A model generated the notes under the pieces. The model did not search any database, had not been told where the DNA came from, and saw only the letters and a program-made list of their open reading frames with translations. A DNA stretch of 64,000 bases from Schmidtea nova (lineage: Eukaryota). The stretch is taken from positions 134,974,001 to 135,038,000 of the forward strand of contig CM097883.1 in the NCBI GenBank assembly GCA_044892505.1, given 5' to 3'. Positions 48,600 to 61,336 of the stretch are shown here, piece by piece. The stretch's first letter is position 1. Each line of letters starts with the position of its first letter. Made by a program: the position numbers and the translations under genes.

Positions 48600-50457
48600 A
48601 TTTACCCTTCCCAAATTCTCTATCCCGCCTCTCTTCGGCCCTTTAACTACAAACAGCACCCATAATCCTAACCTAGATCCAACACACGATAACGATTCTT
48701 TCGCCAAAACCACACCGATACTACCAGCCTATATTCTCATACGTTTTAATAACATAATACGGGAAATCGCCGTTACTTCGGATCTACACACAGACATTGC
48801 CCAATCGCTTCGCATTGACAAGACCTCATGCTACGTGACGTCCAATGGTTCTTTAGTCTCCTCTTCTACCCAGCTGCAGTCTAATTCAATCTTGGACATC
48901 AACTGTCACATCTTAGGAGGCGGTAGAATCACAACAGAGCCATCTTCCTCATCCGGATTCCACTCCATTCTGTTTTTTTTAGACCAAGACCGTACACCTT
49001 CGTCGTGGTTTTGCATTTTAATAGCCCGCACGTCTATCCTTCCCGAAATCACGCGCAGATCATCTTCTCGACAGTTTACCTGCTGAATTGATATCGGAAC
49101 TGGCACCCAAAATCGCTGACTCCCTATACTCAGAGAATCAATACGGGAACTTAAAAGCGCTCATAGGTTCCAAATACACTTTCTCACAATCACAAGCCCT
49201 GCAAAAACTACTAGCACCACAACGTTATGCAGGCCAACAACAGAGCCTATTTTTGGCAGAGATCATTCGCTCCAACGACACCGCCATACCTGATCTTTCC
49301 AAAAACATACAGCTCTTAAAACATGAATTTCTTTCCGCACTTCCATACCACCTACAAACTTCTCTCGCATTGGTAGACTCGTAAGACCCATACCATCTTG
49401 CTAAAATAGCCGATCGCATTCACGAACTTCAACCCCATAAACCTCGCGCCGATATTTATACATCACCACCACCATCTCTCATCGTGAACGCAACACATAC
49501 ACCTGATAACCCCTACGCTCGCAACGTCGAAAGATATTCCAACCACACATCGCCGTCACATAATGAACAACATCCCAATCACCAACCAACGACACACACA
49601 CAAAACATACAACCCAATAATGACGCACAACTAATTTGCTTTTACCACAACCAATTTAGACAACATGTACAGAAATGCTGCATCGATTGCATGTCCGAAT
49701 TCCGTACACATCAGAATCCAATAATCCCAGTGTGTATTCACCATCACCTCTACAAGAATGAAGCCAGATCATGCCTCAACGGATGCACCTGGCGCACACG
49801 TGACGTTCATCCTTCAAAAAACTAACCCAGTCTTCGGACATTCCTGGACGCCCCGATGACTTACCGCCAGTGAATTCTCTTTCTCACAGCCAACGAAGTC
49901 CAACGCACATACGATCAACTGCGCCAACAAACACCATTTCCGAAATTAATATTGATCCTTCTACATTACAAGTACCTGGCTCTAAATTAATATTTAGTAC
50001 AGCACAAACCACCTCACCACCCACCACACCTCGCACAGCACTAGCATCAACACCCACACCAGTACAAACACCGCCAAGCACACCTCGCACAATACTAACA
50101 CCAACACCAACAAAGACACTACGCACAGCATTACCCACATCACCGCCAACAATATCATTCACAGTACCATCAACAACACGAATAACAATACCATAAGCAC
50201 CGCCTATTTTCTAACACGATGAAGCCAGCGCAGGCAACACGCATGTTCTACCACAGCCATCACAAACCACATTTCATGCACCACATCCAACAATGTCCCT
50301 CGTCACCACAAACAAGGCAGCCCTTACAATTATCTTACCTAGAATTGCCGGAAACTTCACAATCAACGCAGAACGGTTAGAAGAATATGGCCAACCCGAT
50401 CGACGCACCATAACACTACTTATAGACACAGGCTCCTCATATTCAATACTACCTACC
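48600..50457 (+). mobile_element. Gypsy gag and aspartic protease pseudogene
   Basis: Gag: PSSWFCIL, QYGNLKALIGSKY..LQKLL..LLKHEFLSALPYHLQ..LAKIADRI. Two CxxH..C..C knuckles (ICFYHNQF..KCCIDC; VCIHHHLY..SCLNGC) end at KN*. Protease motif LLIDTGSSYSILP lies in the -1 frame. Confidence 0.85.
49816..49850 (+). promoter_or_regulatory. -1 programmed ribosomal frameshift signal (gag-pol)
   Basis: A_AAA_AAC slippery heptamer in the gag frame immediately before TAA; GUC-UUCG-GAC hairpin nested in CCAG/CUGG just downstream; the -1 frame is open to 50196. Confidence 0.65.
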
Positions 50458-50779
50458 ATCCCACTTCTGACACCATTTTTAGTGACACTGAAATAAATTA
50501 CTATAAATAATAAAATTTTATTTAAACAAAAATGTCGGCGCGTTGAGTTTTGATTTTCTTCCTTCTTCATATTTAATAAATTTGTCATCTTCGCATTTGA
50601 GTTTGCTTGGTGCTTTTTATTTAATGAAACTGTGATCTTTGCATTTGAATTTGTTTGCTGCTTTTTATATAATGAAACTGTCATCTTTGCACTTGAGTTT
50701 GAGTTTGCTTGGTGCTTTTTATTTAATAAATCTTTCATCTTCACATTTGAGTTTTCTTGGTGCTTTTTATTTATGAAAC
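50458..50779 (-). mobile_element. Inverted LTR 3' part plus intact tRNA-Leu primer binding site
   Basis: Minus strand reads ..TCAGTGTCACTAAA-AA-TGGTGTCAGAAGTGGGAT (50475-50458), complementary to the 3' 18 nt of tRNA-Leu(CAG/CAA); carries the same 42-bp repeats as the 47466 LTR; cut by a hAT at 50780. Confidence 0.85.
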
Positions 50780-53700
50780 CAGGCCATATTTTAACGTGCA
50801 GTGATAACCAATTTGTGCAGTGATAAAAGGAAATGTATGCAGTGATAAAATGAAATTTGTGCAGTGATAAAATGTACTGTTTTTGTTAGAAATTTTGAAT
50901 TAGCGTGAAGTGTAATGTAATTTCTTATCATCTTGACATTGCTCCCCCGTTAATTTCATGCGATTGGTCCTTATTTCAATCACAGGATAGTGAGGCGCCT
51001 CATGCATAAGCAAAACAGACGTTTCATTTACTGGTAGCATTGAAAGCAACAAACCATGTTTTCCCTCATACTTTCATTTCACTCACACAACTAAGGAACT
51101 TACTTCTCTCTTCTGGAGTACCCCTGGCCTGTAATGTACTTGTGTGCAAACAGCCTATCCAACTGTGACAGAGCCGTCGCGCATGTGTCTCTCTGTCCAT
51201 ATAAATGTATGACCTTATGGAGAGAGTTGTTTGTCTTTCGCCTATCACAGACAGCCCTGTCAAAATATTTAATACAATGTATACACACGCTAGCGATTGA
51301 TAACCCCTACACCCCTAATTCTGATACTTTTAGCTGGAAAGCCTGCAAACGCGATGTGCATTAAAATTGTCCGGCAAACAGAGGGGACTAGCGCACTAGC
51401 CACAAAAGTTTGTCTGTGTGAAGGTGTGAATAGAATTTGCTGATTATGGAATTAGGTTTACATACAACGTTTTTATGAATACAGTGTAGTTTATAAAATT
51501 ATCTAATACGGGAATGGAACCCATGCGTGTGAATAAAATGTGCTTGAATACAGTCTACTGTCTCCTCCCCCTCATTAATTGTTGAAGCATACCCTCCTTT
51601 GGCCCTTTTTAAACAGTAGACTCGCCTACAACCAGTTTGTGAACCACGCACTAAGTATTTTTCCGTTGTCCGTGCATTCATTTTCCAGCATTCAGTTGTG
51701 ATTGAATTAGCTCAGGTGTTCTTGTCGTGTTAATCCAAATGAATATATTCGCTTTTTTTAAACCATCTCCAAACATTTCTTCAGTCAGTGAATTGCACTC
51801 TATTGAATCTATTCCATCAACCAGTTCTTCATGTGTTGTAGCCGGGAACTCCATTGATTATATTGAATCGTCTGACTCTTCATCCATTGTGTAACAGAAG
51901 TGTATTGATCCTCATGTGTCTACTGATTCTAGGTGTGATGTGTCTGAGAATACGGATTCCATTGAAACAACTGATTCTTCGTCTATTGTGCTACAGAACT
52001 CTGTTGATCATAAATCACCAGCTGGCTTCTCGTGCGTCGAAAATGTGCCAAACCACAAAGGCCAGCGCAAACGTGTGTGATGCCGTATTTATATAGAACA
52101 ACAAGACACTGCTAAACGGTTCTGTTACAGGCAGATGCTACCACCAATATGCACTGAAAGTGGGACTGAACATCGAAGCGCGGTAATTAAAATACATTTG
52201 AATAGTGACATCCATAAGGAGAGTTATAAAGCAGCTCGTCTTGCGTCCCTATCAATGTCTCAAAAACTTCAAGAAGTTCCTCTTATTAAATCAATAAACC
52301 AAATTAACACTAATCTTGCCGACAAAATCGGTGGACTGATGTATCATATGTACAATGATGCCAAAATCTATCAATTTCAACCTATTCTTTCCCATCTCGC
52401 GTAGTTGCAGCGGAAATGTCTAAATTATTCCACAATAATGAGCCATTCACTCCTTTCTTATCATCCAACATAGACCTACAATATATTTCTCCTCTGTCAC
52501 AGCACGAGATGATGGAAGCAATCGTAGTGGCGGATATGCCACGCTTCAAGCGTGAGAACGAAACATGTCTTGCTGCCTCCTTCAGGTTTGATTCTTCGAT
52601 GGATCTCACTCAAAAGGAGAACCAGTTTGAACTGATGAAAACGATAAACCCCAATGGCCATGAACGTTTACTATTCATTGGCATCGGGCAAGTCACAAAA
52701 AGTGGAGCAACTGGACATTTAAAGGCAATCAAAGAAGGATCAGAAGAAACCGTTAGCTTTGATGCCTTGTTTAACATAATCACACACTTGTCGACGGATG
52801 GAGAACCAAAAAATGTCAGGAAACATGAAGGTCTCTGGCCTTTTCTTGATCGAGAACGAAAAGAGTGACAAAGCAGTTTGCCCTAACCTAAATCCGTCTG
52901 TGGTGTTCATAGTTCGGCTTCGGCTTTCAAGGATCTATGCAAAAATGTGACAGACATATCTCATTTACTCGAGAAGGTTTCTGGTATATCCACTTATTTT
53001 CATATGAGCGCTAAGCGTTCAACCGAGCTCGAAACAGTTGCCAACGAAGGTGGACTGACAGTTCGACGTCTACCAAAATATTTTGAGGTCCGCTGGGCTC
53101 AGTTCTCTCACTCACTCTTGGATGCTGTTCTCTCTTTCTGGTGAGCTCTAACAAAGTATTTCAGCATAGTGAAAGGTTCTCAAAACAAGAAATTTTGGAA
53201 AATGTTATCGAACAAAACAAATATCCAACTGATGGCGTTCATGGCTGATATACTTTTTCTCCTAACTAATTTTCAAAAGCGGTTGCAGTCTGACTCAATC
53301 ACCATTGTCGACTTGCCCAAATAAGTGTCCCATTTTCTCAAAAGGCTGGAAACTCTACAAGGAAAACCTCTGCTTGGAGGATGGGAAGAAGCTCTCTGCG
53401 AGAATCTTACACCTGAGAATGTTTTACATGGTGTTCAACTTTGGGAAAAAGAACGTCGAATGGTTGCGAGAAATATGTTTGTGTCAGAAGAAAGAGACTT
53501 TTCTGCTGTTTGGCAAGAAACAGTTCTAACAATGAAACATTTCATGGAATCTCGACTTGCTCTCAGTGACACATACACAAATGCCGCCACAAATTTTGTC
53601 ATGTTCAAGGCGAACGATGAGGATATACGGAGTGTTCATCACACATTTGCTCCTGACCTTGACCTGTCAACGATTAATGACCAATTTACGGATGTTTTGC

Positions 53701-54100
53701 AAAGTTGCAACGAGAACAAAAAACCTTTGGAGACACTCCAGCAAATTTGCAAGTCTGAGCAATATGATGAGCTAGCTAAAGTGTTCAGCCGGATTTTGGT
53801 ATGCAAGCCACATTCTGCTGACTGTGAAAGAATTATATCAGCATGCAATCTACTCAAAACTTCTTCTCGCTCTTGTTTGGATAGGAAAACGATTAAAAAC
53901 TATCTGCACATTTTTATGAACATGCCACCTCTCTCTACCTTCGACCCACGGCATGCGGTGATGAAATGGATAAATGCGAAAAACAGAAGAGTCCGAGATA
54001 CTCCAAAGGCTCAAGACCAAGAATGGTCAAAAAACATTTTCATATCCCCCTGTCCAACAGAAAAAACGGAAACACTTGATATGAAATTAAAAAAAGGAAA
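50780..54100 (+). mobile_element. hAT transposon, KIAA1586/ZNF862-like transposase pseudogene
   Basis: Left end CAGGCCATATTTTAAC with four GTGCAGTGATAA-type subterminal repeats. ORF pieces HLNSDIHKESYKA..KIGGLMYHMYNDAK, SFRFDSSMD, STDGEPKN, PKYFEVRWAQF and RILVCKPHSADCERIIS..MNMPPLSTFDP. Right TIR not found. Confidence 0.85.
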
Positions 54101-54699
54101 TTTTGATGCATGTCATGTTTGTATGATTTCTCTGTGTTTATTCTCTTTCTCACACACACGTCCGGTGTTTGTATCAATTTCATTATTATTATCTGTTTAG
54201 TGTTGTTGTTTATATTATTAATCAAACAAATTGGAGGGCATTTCCGATCATTTAACATTCATATTTGAACAATGAGTCTTGGAAAACTTTTAAAGACAAA
54301 AATCTTTTAATTGAAAACATTCTTGTTGCTCGATATAGGTATCGAAAGTGAAAATTAGAGGGAAATGATTTTCCTTTTCAGAACTCTGCTGGTTGTCCAG
54401 CCTCAAATTCCCAATGAGTTGGAAGACCCAAGATCTCTATCTGAACTAGCGGTTGGCAACTGTATTCAATTTCACTTATAGGTTCGGAACAGTAATAATA
54501 AAAACCATCCAAACAGGTGAAAGCAGAAAACTAAAAGGGAATTAAGGTGTGTAAATTGTAAAGTGAACCAGGAGTAATAGACGGGGTGTTATTCGAATAT
54601 GTTTGATAATTATTAGGAGTAGATGTTAATTAGGATACAGTGAATTCATAGAAAGTTAAGCGTTGGTAAATTAAAGAAGACCTTAGAGCAAAGAGATTT

Positions 54700-55300
54700 T
54701 ATGAGCATTAGTCCTTCTATCGGCAGCAGGAACCCGTGAGAGAGAATACAATGAGGAGTAGTTTTGGCAACGAAACTCACCTGCCCATTGAATTCTCGTA
54801 CCTTTGTGTACATTACCAACACAGTTTACCAAGGAGTTACTATGAGTAAACGAGTGAAGGAGATTTAACTTGTTCATGACGGTATGTGAGTTGCGGTAGT
54901 CCCTAGAATCACCAATTTTCAATAACCCATAAACCAATACTCGTAAATAAAGAAAATGAACTTTAACAAGCAGCATCTCATAAGGATAATAAATTGAATA
55001 GTTAAAAGAGTTCGATTAAGTGCGTGACGACAATGGGTATTATACCTTCCATCGGTCGCCCTTGAACCCAACCGAGATATTCGATCAATTATAGTATTGA
55101 CCCACTTGAAGCTCACTTTTTATGGATGTCCACCTACTTGTTACTAGGTGACGGACAAAAAGGTGAATTTGCAACGTTTATACGTAGGATTTTTGAGAAA
55201 TACGCCCATAGTAACCAGTATTTTTTGTGTACCAGCAACTCACCTCTTGTGACACAGGCCCAAAGTAATCCAGCAAAAGGTGTCCAGTGGTAAACTAGGT
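54700..55300 (-). mobile_element. Possible Gypsy integrase remnant
   Basis: KWVNTIIDRISRLG and TTPHCILSHG weakly resemble integrase core motifs. Confidence 0.25.
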
Positions 55301-55650
55301 TTATGTGGTTACTATGAGATTCTGCATAAAATTTAACTCATAATTTTTTAATTAAAAAATTTGGGCAAAAAATTTATGGTCGAACCATACTTATTTTTGT
55401 TAATTTGAATTTCTTAAAAGTTTATTTAACAATTCTTAAGCTGTTCACAAATGTTGGTATCTTATTAATAAAAATAGTATAAAAAATAATGTTTAAATAT
55501 AACATAAATTTTATTTTATTATTATTATTATGATAAATATAAATATTTCAAATTAATTAATTGAAATAATAACTATTTAAATTATTGTACAATTCAATTT
55601 ATACTGAAATAAATCTTTATGTAGTTGTTTAAATAATATATATTTTCGAA

Positions 55651-57240
55651 ATGTCTCTTGCTGATACTATGCTCGAAGACTTTGAGATTGCCCAGCTCGA
55701 GGCGATCAATTCTGGAAATATGGGAGTTTTAGAAGAAGTCGGAGATAATTTCAATATTATGGAAGTAGAATTTTCTTTGGATAAGCCAGTAAATCAAATT
55801 GCCAAATTACAAGATAGTGACAAAGTAAATTTAAATCACTTCATAAAAACACCGAATAATTAAAAAAAATTTATATTTCAGTTAAAAGAAATAATGGAAA
55901 AAATTAAAGAATTCACATCCAAGGACCATAGATCAAGTTACGGGGCATTAGAATCAGATCCAGAATATCAATTGATTGTCAAGTCTAATGATTTAATCAG
56001 TGAAATCGACAATGAAACAAGTGTAATACACAAATATGTGAAAGATATATATGTTACTCGTTATCCTGAGCTGGCAACTGTTGTAACTGATCCAGTAGAG
56101 TATCTGAAAACCGTTAAAACATTCGGCAACAACATCAAAGACGTATCGAAACACACTAACCAACTCGGTGAATTCCTCATTTCAGCAACAATAATGGTTG
56201 TATCTGTCACTGCATCAACGTCAACTGGCACAGAATTACCAGAACAACGACTCCAGAACGTCATTGAAGCCTGCCATATGGCAATTAGTTTACAGAATTG
56301 CAAAAAATTTATCCTCCAATTCGTTGAATCGAGAATGCCGTTTTTCGCTCCAAATTTGAGTACGATTCTAGGCTCATCTGTTGCTGCAAAGCTGATTGGA
56401 CAAGCTGGTGGTTTGGCATCATTAGCAAAAACACCAGCGTGTAACGTGATGAATTTTGGTTCAGCGAAAAAAACCGATGCCGGAGTAATGATGAACACGC
56501 AAACATTGCGAGGCTGTGGATTTATCTATTTCTCCGAGCAAGTTCAGAAATTGCCGCCTGATCTCAGGAAAAAAGCTGCAAAACTTTATGCAAACAAAGC
56601 AGCAATGGCGTCACGAATGGATTTGTTGCACCAGTGCTCCAATGGAGAGGAAGGAATGAAATTCTTGCAACAGATTGAAAAACAGATCGAAAAATGGCAA
56701 GAACCGCCACCAGTGAAACCTATAAAACCGTTGCCAGCACCGATTGATATCCCATCGAAGAAACGAGGTGGGAGAAGGCATAGAAAAATGAAAGAACGAA
56801 CCGGAATGACGGAATTGAGGAAGAGTGCTAATCGAATGGAATTCGGAGGGATTGAAGAGTCGTATGAGAATGAGATTAGTATAAATGCTGGGCGGTTGGG
56901 CAAGACAAATCGGGTGAGGGCGGCAATTGTTGATGCGAAAACGAATGCGAGAGTGAGTAAATCACTCAATCAGAAATTGCAGCGACAGAATCAAGCGCAA
57001 CACGCCATCTGGGGTGGTACGACGACGTCCGTGAAGAAGATATCGGGATCAGCAACGACAGTTGCGTTTACTCCGTTGACAGTAAGCTGCAGATAATAAT
57101 ATTGTATTGGTAGACAATTAGCATTGCTTCAGGGGGTCGAGATATCAAATCCGGTGCCGCTAGAGGGCAGGAATGAGCAAGCGGCGATCGGTATGAAATA
57201 TTTCTCATCAAATGCAGAGTGGGTTCAACTGAAAAAATGA
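55651..57240 (+). CDS. PRPF31: U4/U6 snRNP protein Prp31, 493 aa, spliced
   Basis: Exons 55651-55824, 55882-57081 and 57133-57240 join through introns of 57 and 51 nt. Motifs MSLADTMLEDF, DPEYQLIVKSN, RYPELA, APNLSTILG, TPACNV, KWQEPPP, KKRGGRRHRKMKER, VAFTPL.GVEI.NP and KYFSS. Confidence 0.96.
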
Positions 57241-57650
57241 TTTTTATTTTGTAAATAAATCCAGTTGTTGTTTTTTGAATTTAGTCTGGGTGGGCCGCGG
57301 TTAATTGATTGGATAATTTGGGGAAAGGATTACATTATTTTATTTTTTGAATGTAACAAAATTAATCTCCGCCAAGTCAATATTTGCAGTTTAATTGATG
57401 ATAATCTTGAAGGTTACATCTTTCAATTTAGTCCGTACTTAGCAAATGAATTATTTTGAACGTTTTGAATTTAATAAAATTAATTAAACTAAATAACTAT
57501 TCCGCAAAAATAAAATAAATATCAAATAACATAGAATTGCTATCCATCATTTATGATATGAAGTTTTATTATCCAGTCTCTGATCAATCCATTATCAGAT
57601 TCGCATTAGTTGATACTATGGTCTTCATTTGTCAAAGTAATCTCGGTTTT

Positions 57651-57984
57651 TTATTTTGCATGAGCGGTCCGGATTGGATTTAAGTTACAAAATATGCCTG
57701 ACATCTGGGACTCTTGCTCCTTTAAAGTCCTTTTCAACGCTCGCATTATCAAAAAGTCTTCGACTTGCTTTTTTGAAGAACTTGAATTGTTTCTTACTGT
57801 GTTACAACTTTGTTGGTGATGTTCCTTTCTGTGACATCGCGCTTTATGTTTGTCTAGTTTTTCATTCAGAGGTGTTTTCTAACACCAAATTGTTTTTGTT
57901 GCTCTCCAATTCACGCATCTGTTTATGGGCAGACTTAACATTTCCATCAATTTGTAAGACAATTCTCCTTAATTCGTCCAGTTG
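57651..57984 (-). other. Possible terminal exon(s) of an unidentified coiled-coil gene convergent with PRPF31
   Basis: TTTTAG acceptor then QLDELRRIVLQIDGNVKSAHKQMRELE; the +1 frame continues KTPLNEKLDKHK..AHAK*. Joining them needs a small intron or a frameshift. Confidence 0.3.
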
Positions 57985-58544
57985 CTAAAATTAACTGATA
58001 GTCAAAATTTGGCCCGACCAAAAATTTAATAATTTTTTAAATCAAAATAGGTAGAGTTGACTAAACGTACAATATAATTCATAAGCAACATTCGCCCAAC
58101 ACTCCATTATACGATTCGACTGTCAAATACGATACCATGTCAAATTTCATCGATAATCTAGTCAAGTAAATTATTCTCTTATATACTGATTTTACAATAT
58201 CATTCAGAGTACGATCGACTTTAAATTTCAACCTCCAAAAGAACATAATCCCACAAGTGACAAATCTCAGACTTTCTCAATGATTATATAATTCTTTCAC
58301 CAAACTTTGCTCAATCTCTTTCATTTAAAAACCATAGTAATTTGTATCTTAATTTTCTGTTTTTTATAAAGATGAAAAATAAAAATATAAGTTGATCTTA
58401 TCTAGCCTTTTGTCGCTTTCATATAATTTTAATATAACAAATTTGTTATACAATTGCTGGTTTATTGAGAGGTTCGGAAAATATATTTAACTATCATAGG
58501 GAGACCCTATTCAAAACCATACATAAACATACTCTGTCTCACTC

Positions 58545-58678
58545 GAGCGCCCCTAATTGTTCCTTGTCCAGCTAGGTTGGAACTGCGCACGGTGACGGAA
58601 AAATGATGGGCAGGTGAGCTCCATCGCTGGAACTACTCCCCCAGCGGGTTCATGCTGCCGCCAGAAGGACTTACGCTT
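58545..58678 (+). repeat. Structured dispersed repeat, copy B
   Basis: Homologous to 44390-44530 with different but still paired stems. Confidence 0.7.
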
Positions 58679-58997
58679 CGTGTTGGGTTGGTGCAGTAAC
58701 GAATAGTAGTGAAAATTGAATAATTAATCAGGAAAGGATTAAAGTAAATGAGGAATATAAAAATAATAATAAACAAGTTGAGAAGTGAGCATTAACAAGC
58801 AAAAAGCATAATTAAAACAAAATAAAAATGAAAAAGCGAGAAAAAATGACAAAGATGCGAAATTTGAGTAGAAGTTAGGAAATAAAAAGAATAATTATGA
58901 AATTAATAAGAAAAATAATTATGAATAAACCTAGGATAATAAAATAAATTAATAGGAAAATCGAGCCATTAACCAATAAAAAAGTTACTCGATTCTG

Positions 58998-59043
58998 ATT
59001 GGCTGCCTGAGCGCCAATTTGACTATATAAGGAGGCGCTCAGG
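58998..59043 (+). promoter_or_regulatory. CCAAT (reverse) plus TATA promoter-like module within a 10-bp inverted repeat
   Basis: ATTGG at 58998, TATATAA at 59024, flanked by CCTGAGCGCC / GGCGCTCAGG; probably an LTR-type promoter. Confidence 0.4.
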
Positions 59044-60488
59044 ACAGTCAAATTAATGTCATTTATACCAGAACAACCAGTCACTTATAGCTACAACATC
59101 GAAATTTTTCGCATAAAGTACGTATTTCACATCGATTTCACCACAACACACGGAGGACGAAGCACTAATCCAATTTTCACAGAACAATTTGTAAGTGTTT
59201 GTGCATTGTAAATGAAATACATTTTTCTATGATAAACATGCCTTCGTTCTCTACATTTTAACTATAGATAATGCGAGAGTCCAAGCGATCAATGGATTGT
59301 CGGCTCTCCAGGGAGGTCTCCCTCAGTTTCGGGCTTCGGCACGGGGCGGAGATAGATATCTCTGTAGAAGATCTTTTTATGTTAGTACATGATTTTCTAG
59401 ATCGGAAGTGGTGAGGAATGCCGAAACCGAGTGTCATTGAGTGCAAAAGTTTAATATCTAATATACCGATAAATAAATAGGCTAATACTCAGCGACAAAC
59501 ATGTGTGATGAAGTAGCGAAATGATCGCCACAGAGATCGTACGATCATAGTTTTTGTAGCAAATCGAAACCCAGTTTCTAGAAGGTAACCCGATATCCAG
59601 CTTAGTAAATAACCGAAATGATAAATTCCATTTTACCCAATTCAGGAAATGCTTCCGTCTAAGTCTAGAGACGCTAGCAACTAAACATAATAATTTTATC
59701 CACCTATTCCCAACCTAAGTTCGCAATATTCACGATAGAAATTAAAATACCAACTGACTAATAATAAGTTAAATTCCAATAATAGTGCTGAAATTGATAG
59801 AGAAGGCAATCTAGATTTTTCAAGTACAACTCGTGAAACGGCATTAAAATTTCAACCATAAAAATGTAGGCGAGAGAAATCCCGAGGAGGTAAGGGAAAT
59901 TAAATTACTGCAAACAGAAGTCCACCCCCTTGAGAATTTGAAGGGGAAATAACAGCAACTCAAAACCACTTGACATCTGCCAATCTGTTAATGAGTATGC
60001 GCCAGAATGTATACGATGTGAAAAATCTTAGATAATCTCGGGGAGAATTTGTTACCACTCCTGGAGTGAAGTAGCGCTGCGGAGTAATTTCAAGTGATTG
60101 TACCCTCTTCACAAGAATTTTCATTGACTCGAGTATCATGTGAAACGAAATTGTTAGAATAATCTAAATTAAATTAAATTCACTTGACACCAACGACAAA
60201 CCCAATTAAATTTACCGCAACTTCCGATGCTGTCTAAAACTAATAACTCAGTGAAGTCAACCCAATTAATTAATTGATACAAATTAAAGTAAACACTTAG
60301 TATTGTGATACCCACAATCAGAGAAAAGTCTAGAAGGGAACATAGCAAACCCAAGTGAGTGAACTCCTTCGATTACTAGTTATAACCCTCAATACCGGGT
60401 AACTGGACAAATATAAATTGACACCGAAGTAGTGTTCTCGATAACTATCTATAAATTATTTTGATGTTTTAAATTAGCATCTAGATAG

Positions 60489-61147
60489 ATCATGGAGAAA
60501 ATCTGTTTGCATATACAAGGCAGAACAGACGATGCTAACCAAAAGACATCCGAATATCAGGATCCAGAAGTCAGAGAAAACTTCCTCGTATGGGCGTTTC
60601 CGTTAAAAAACATTCCGACCGATTTGGCGAGGCAGATCGTCGAGGAACAGCAGATTTCTTTCGTGGACAAAGGGATCATTCTGCCCTTCAATCTGCATCG
60701 AGACAGCACGGATAATATCATTTGGCATTGCAGTTCGGGCTGTCCAATTGACGTTTTGATTGGTCAAAGGTTATGTGTGTGTAATAACTTTGATATATAA
60801 ACAATAATCTTTCATTCATTATTCACTTTAACAAATATAAAACATTTAAAATGAATACTATAACAAGTTTTATGAACAAAAACCCTAGTGACAAAGATAA
60901 TAGTAAATTTATTTTCTAAATTATTATCATTTAGTATTAATTTAGGTAATATCAATAATTTAATTGGGACTTCAATTTAAAAAATGTGGAAGAAAATGGT
61001 ACTTAATCTTAAACATAATATATTATTTAATTTTTACTTTAGGTGATGTAAATATGACTGAACTAACTACCGTACAAACTAAGATTATTAGTGACGAAAA
61101 TAATATGAATAATGGAGTTATACCTGATGTGGTATTGAATGACCAAT
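60489..61147 (+). CDS. Exons of an unidentified gene
   Basis: GC-richer open exon ~60489-60769 (MEKICLHIQGR..WHCSSGCPIDVLIGQR) with a donor; second exon 61043-61147 with TTTAG acceptor and GTAAGT donor. The junction phase is not cleanly resolved. Confidence 0.5.
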
Positions 61148-61336
61148 GTAAGTATTGATTAATTTTAATTAATTTGATTATATTTTAATTAATTTAGTAA
61201 ATAAATATAGTAAAATATTNNNNNNNNNNNNNNNNNNNNNNNNNNNNNNNNNNNNNNNNNNNNNNNNNNNNNNNNNNNNNNNNNNNNNNNNNNNNNNNNN
61301 NNNNNNNNNNNNNNNNNNNNNNNNNNNNNNNNNNNN

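Noticed and set aside
50274-50744. 156-aa ORF with 14-residue repeats
   Set aside because: It is a translation of the 42-bp LTR tandem repeats running antisense into protease; the equivalent frame is not preserved in the 47466 LTR.
58570-58650. tRNA/SINE-like reading on the minus strand (GGGGAG-UA-GUUC..GAGC, UUCCAAC)
   Set aside because: The anticodon and T stems do not pair, and an internal U5 run would terminate Pol III; retained only as a structured repeat.
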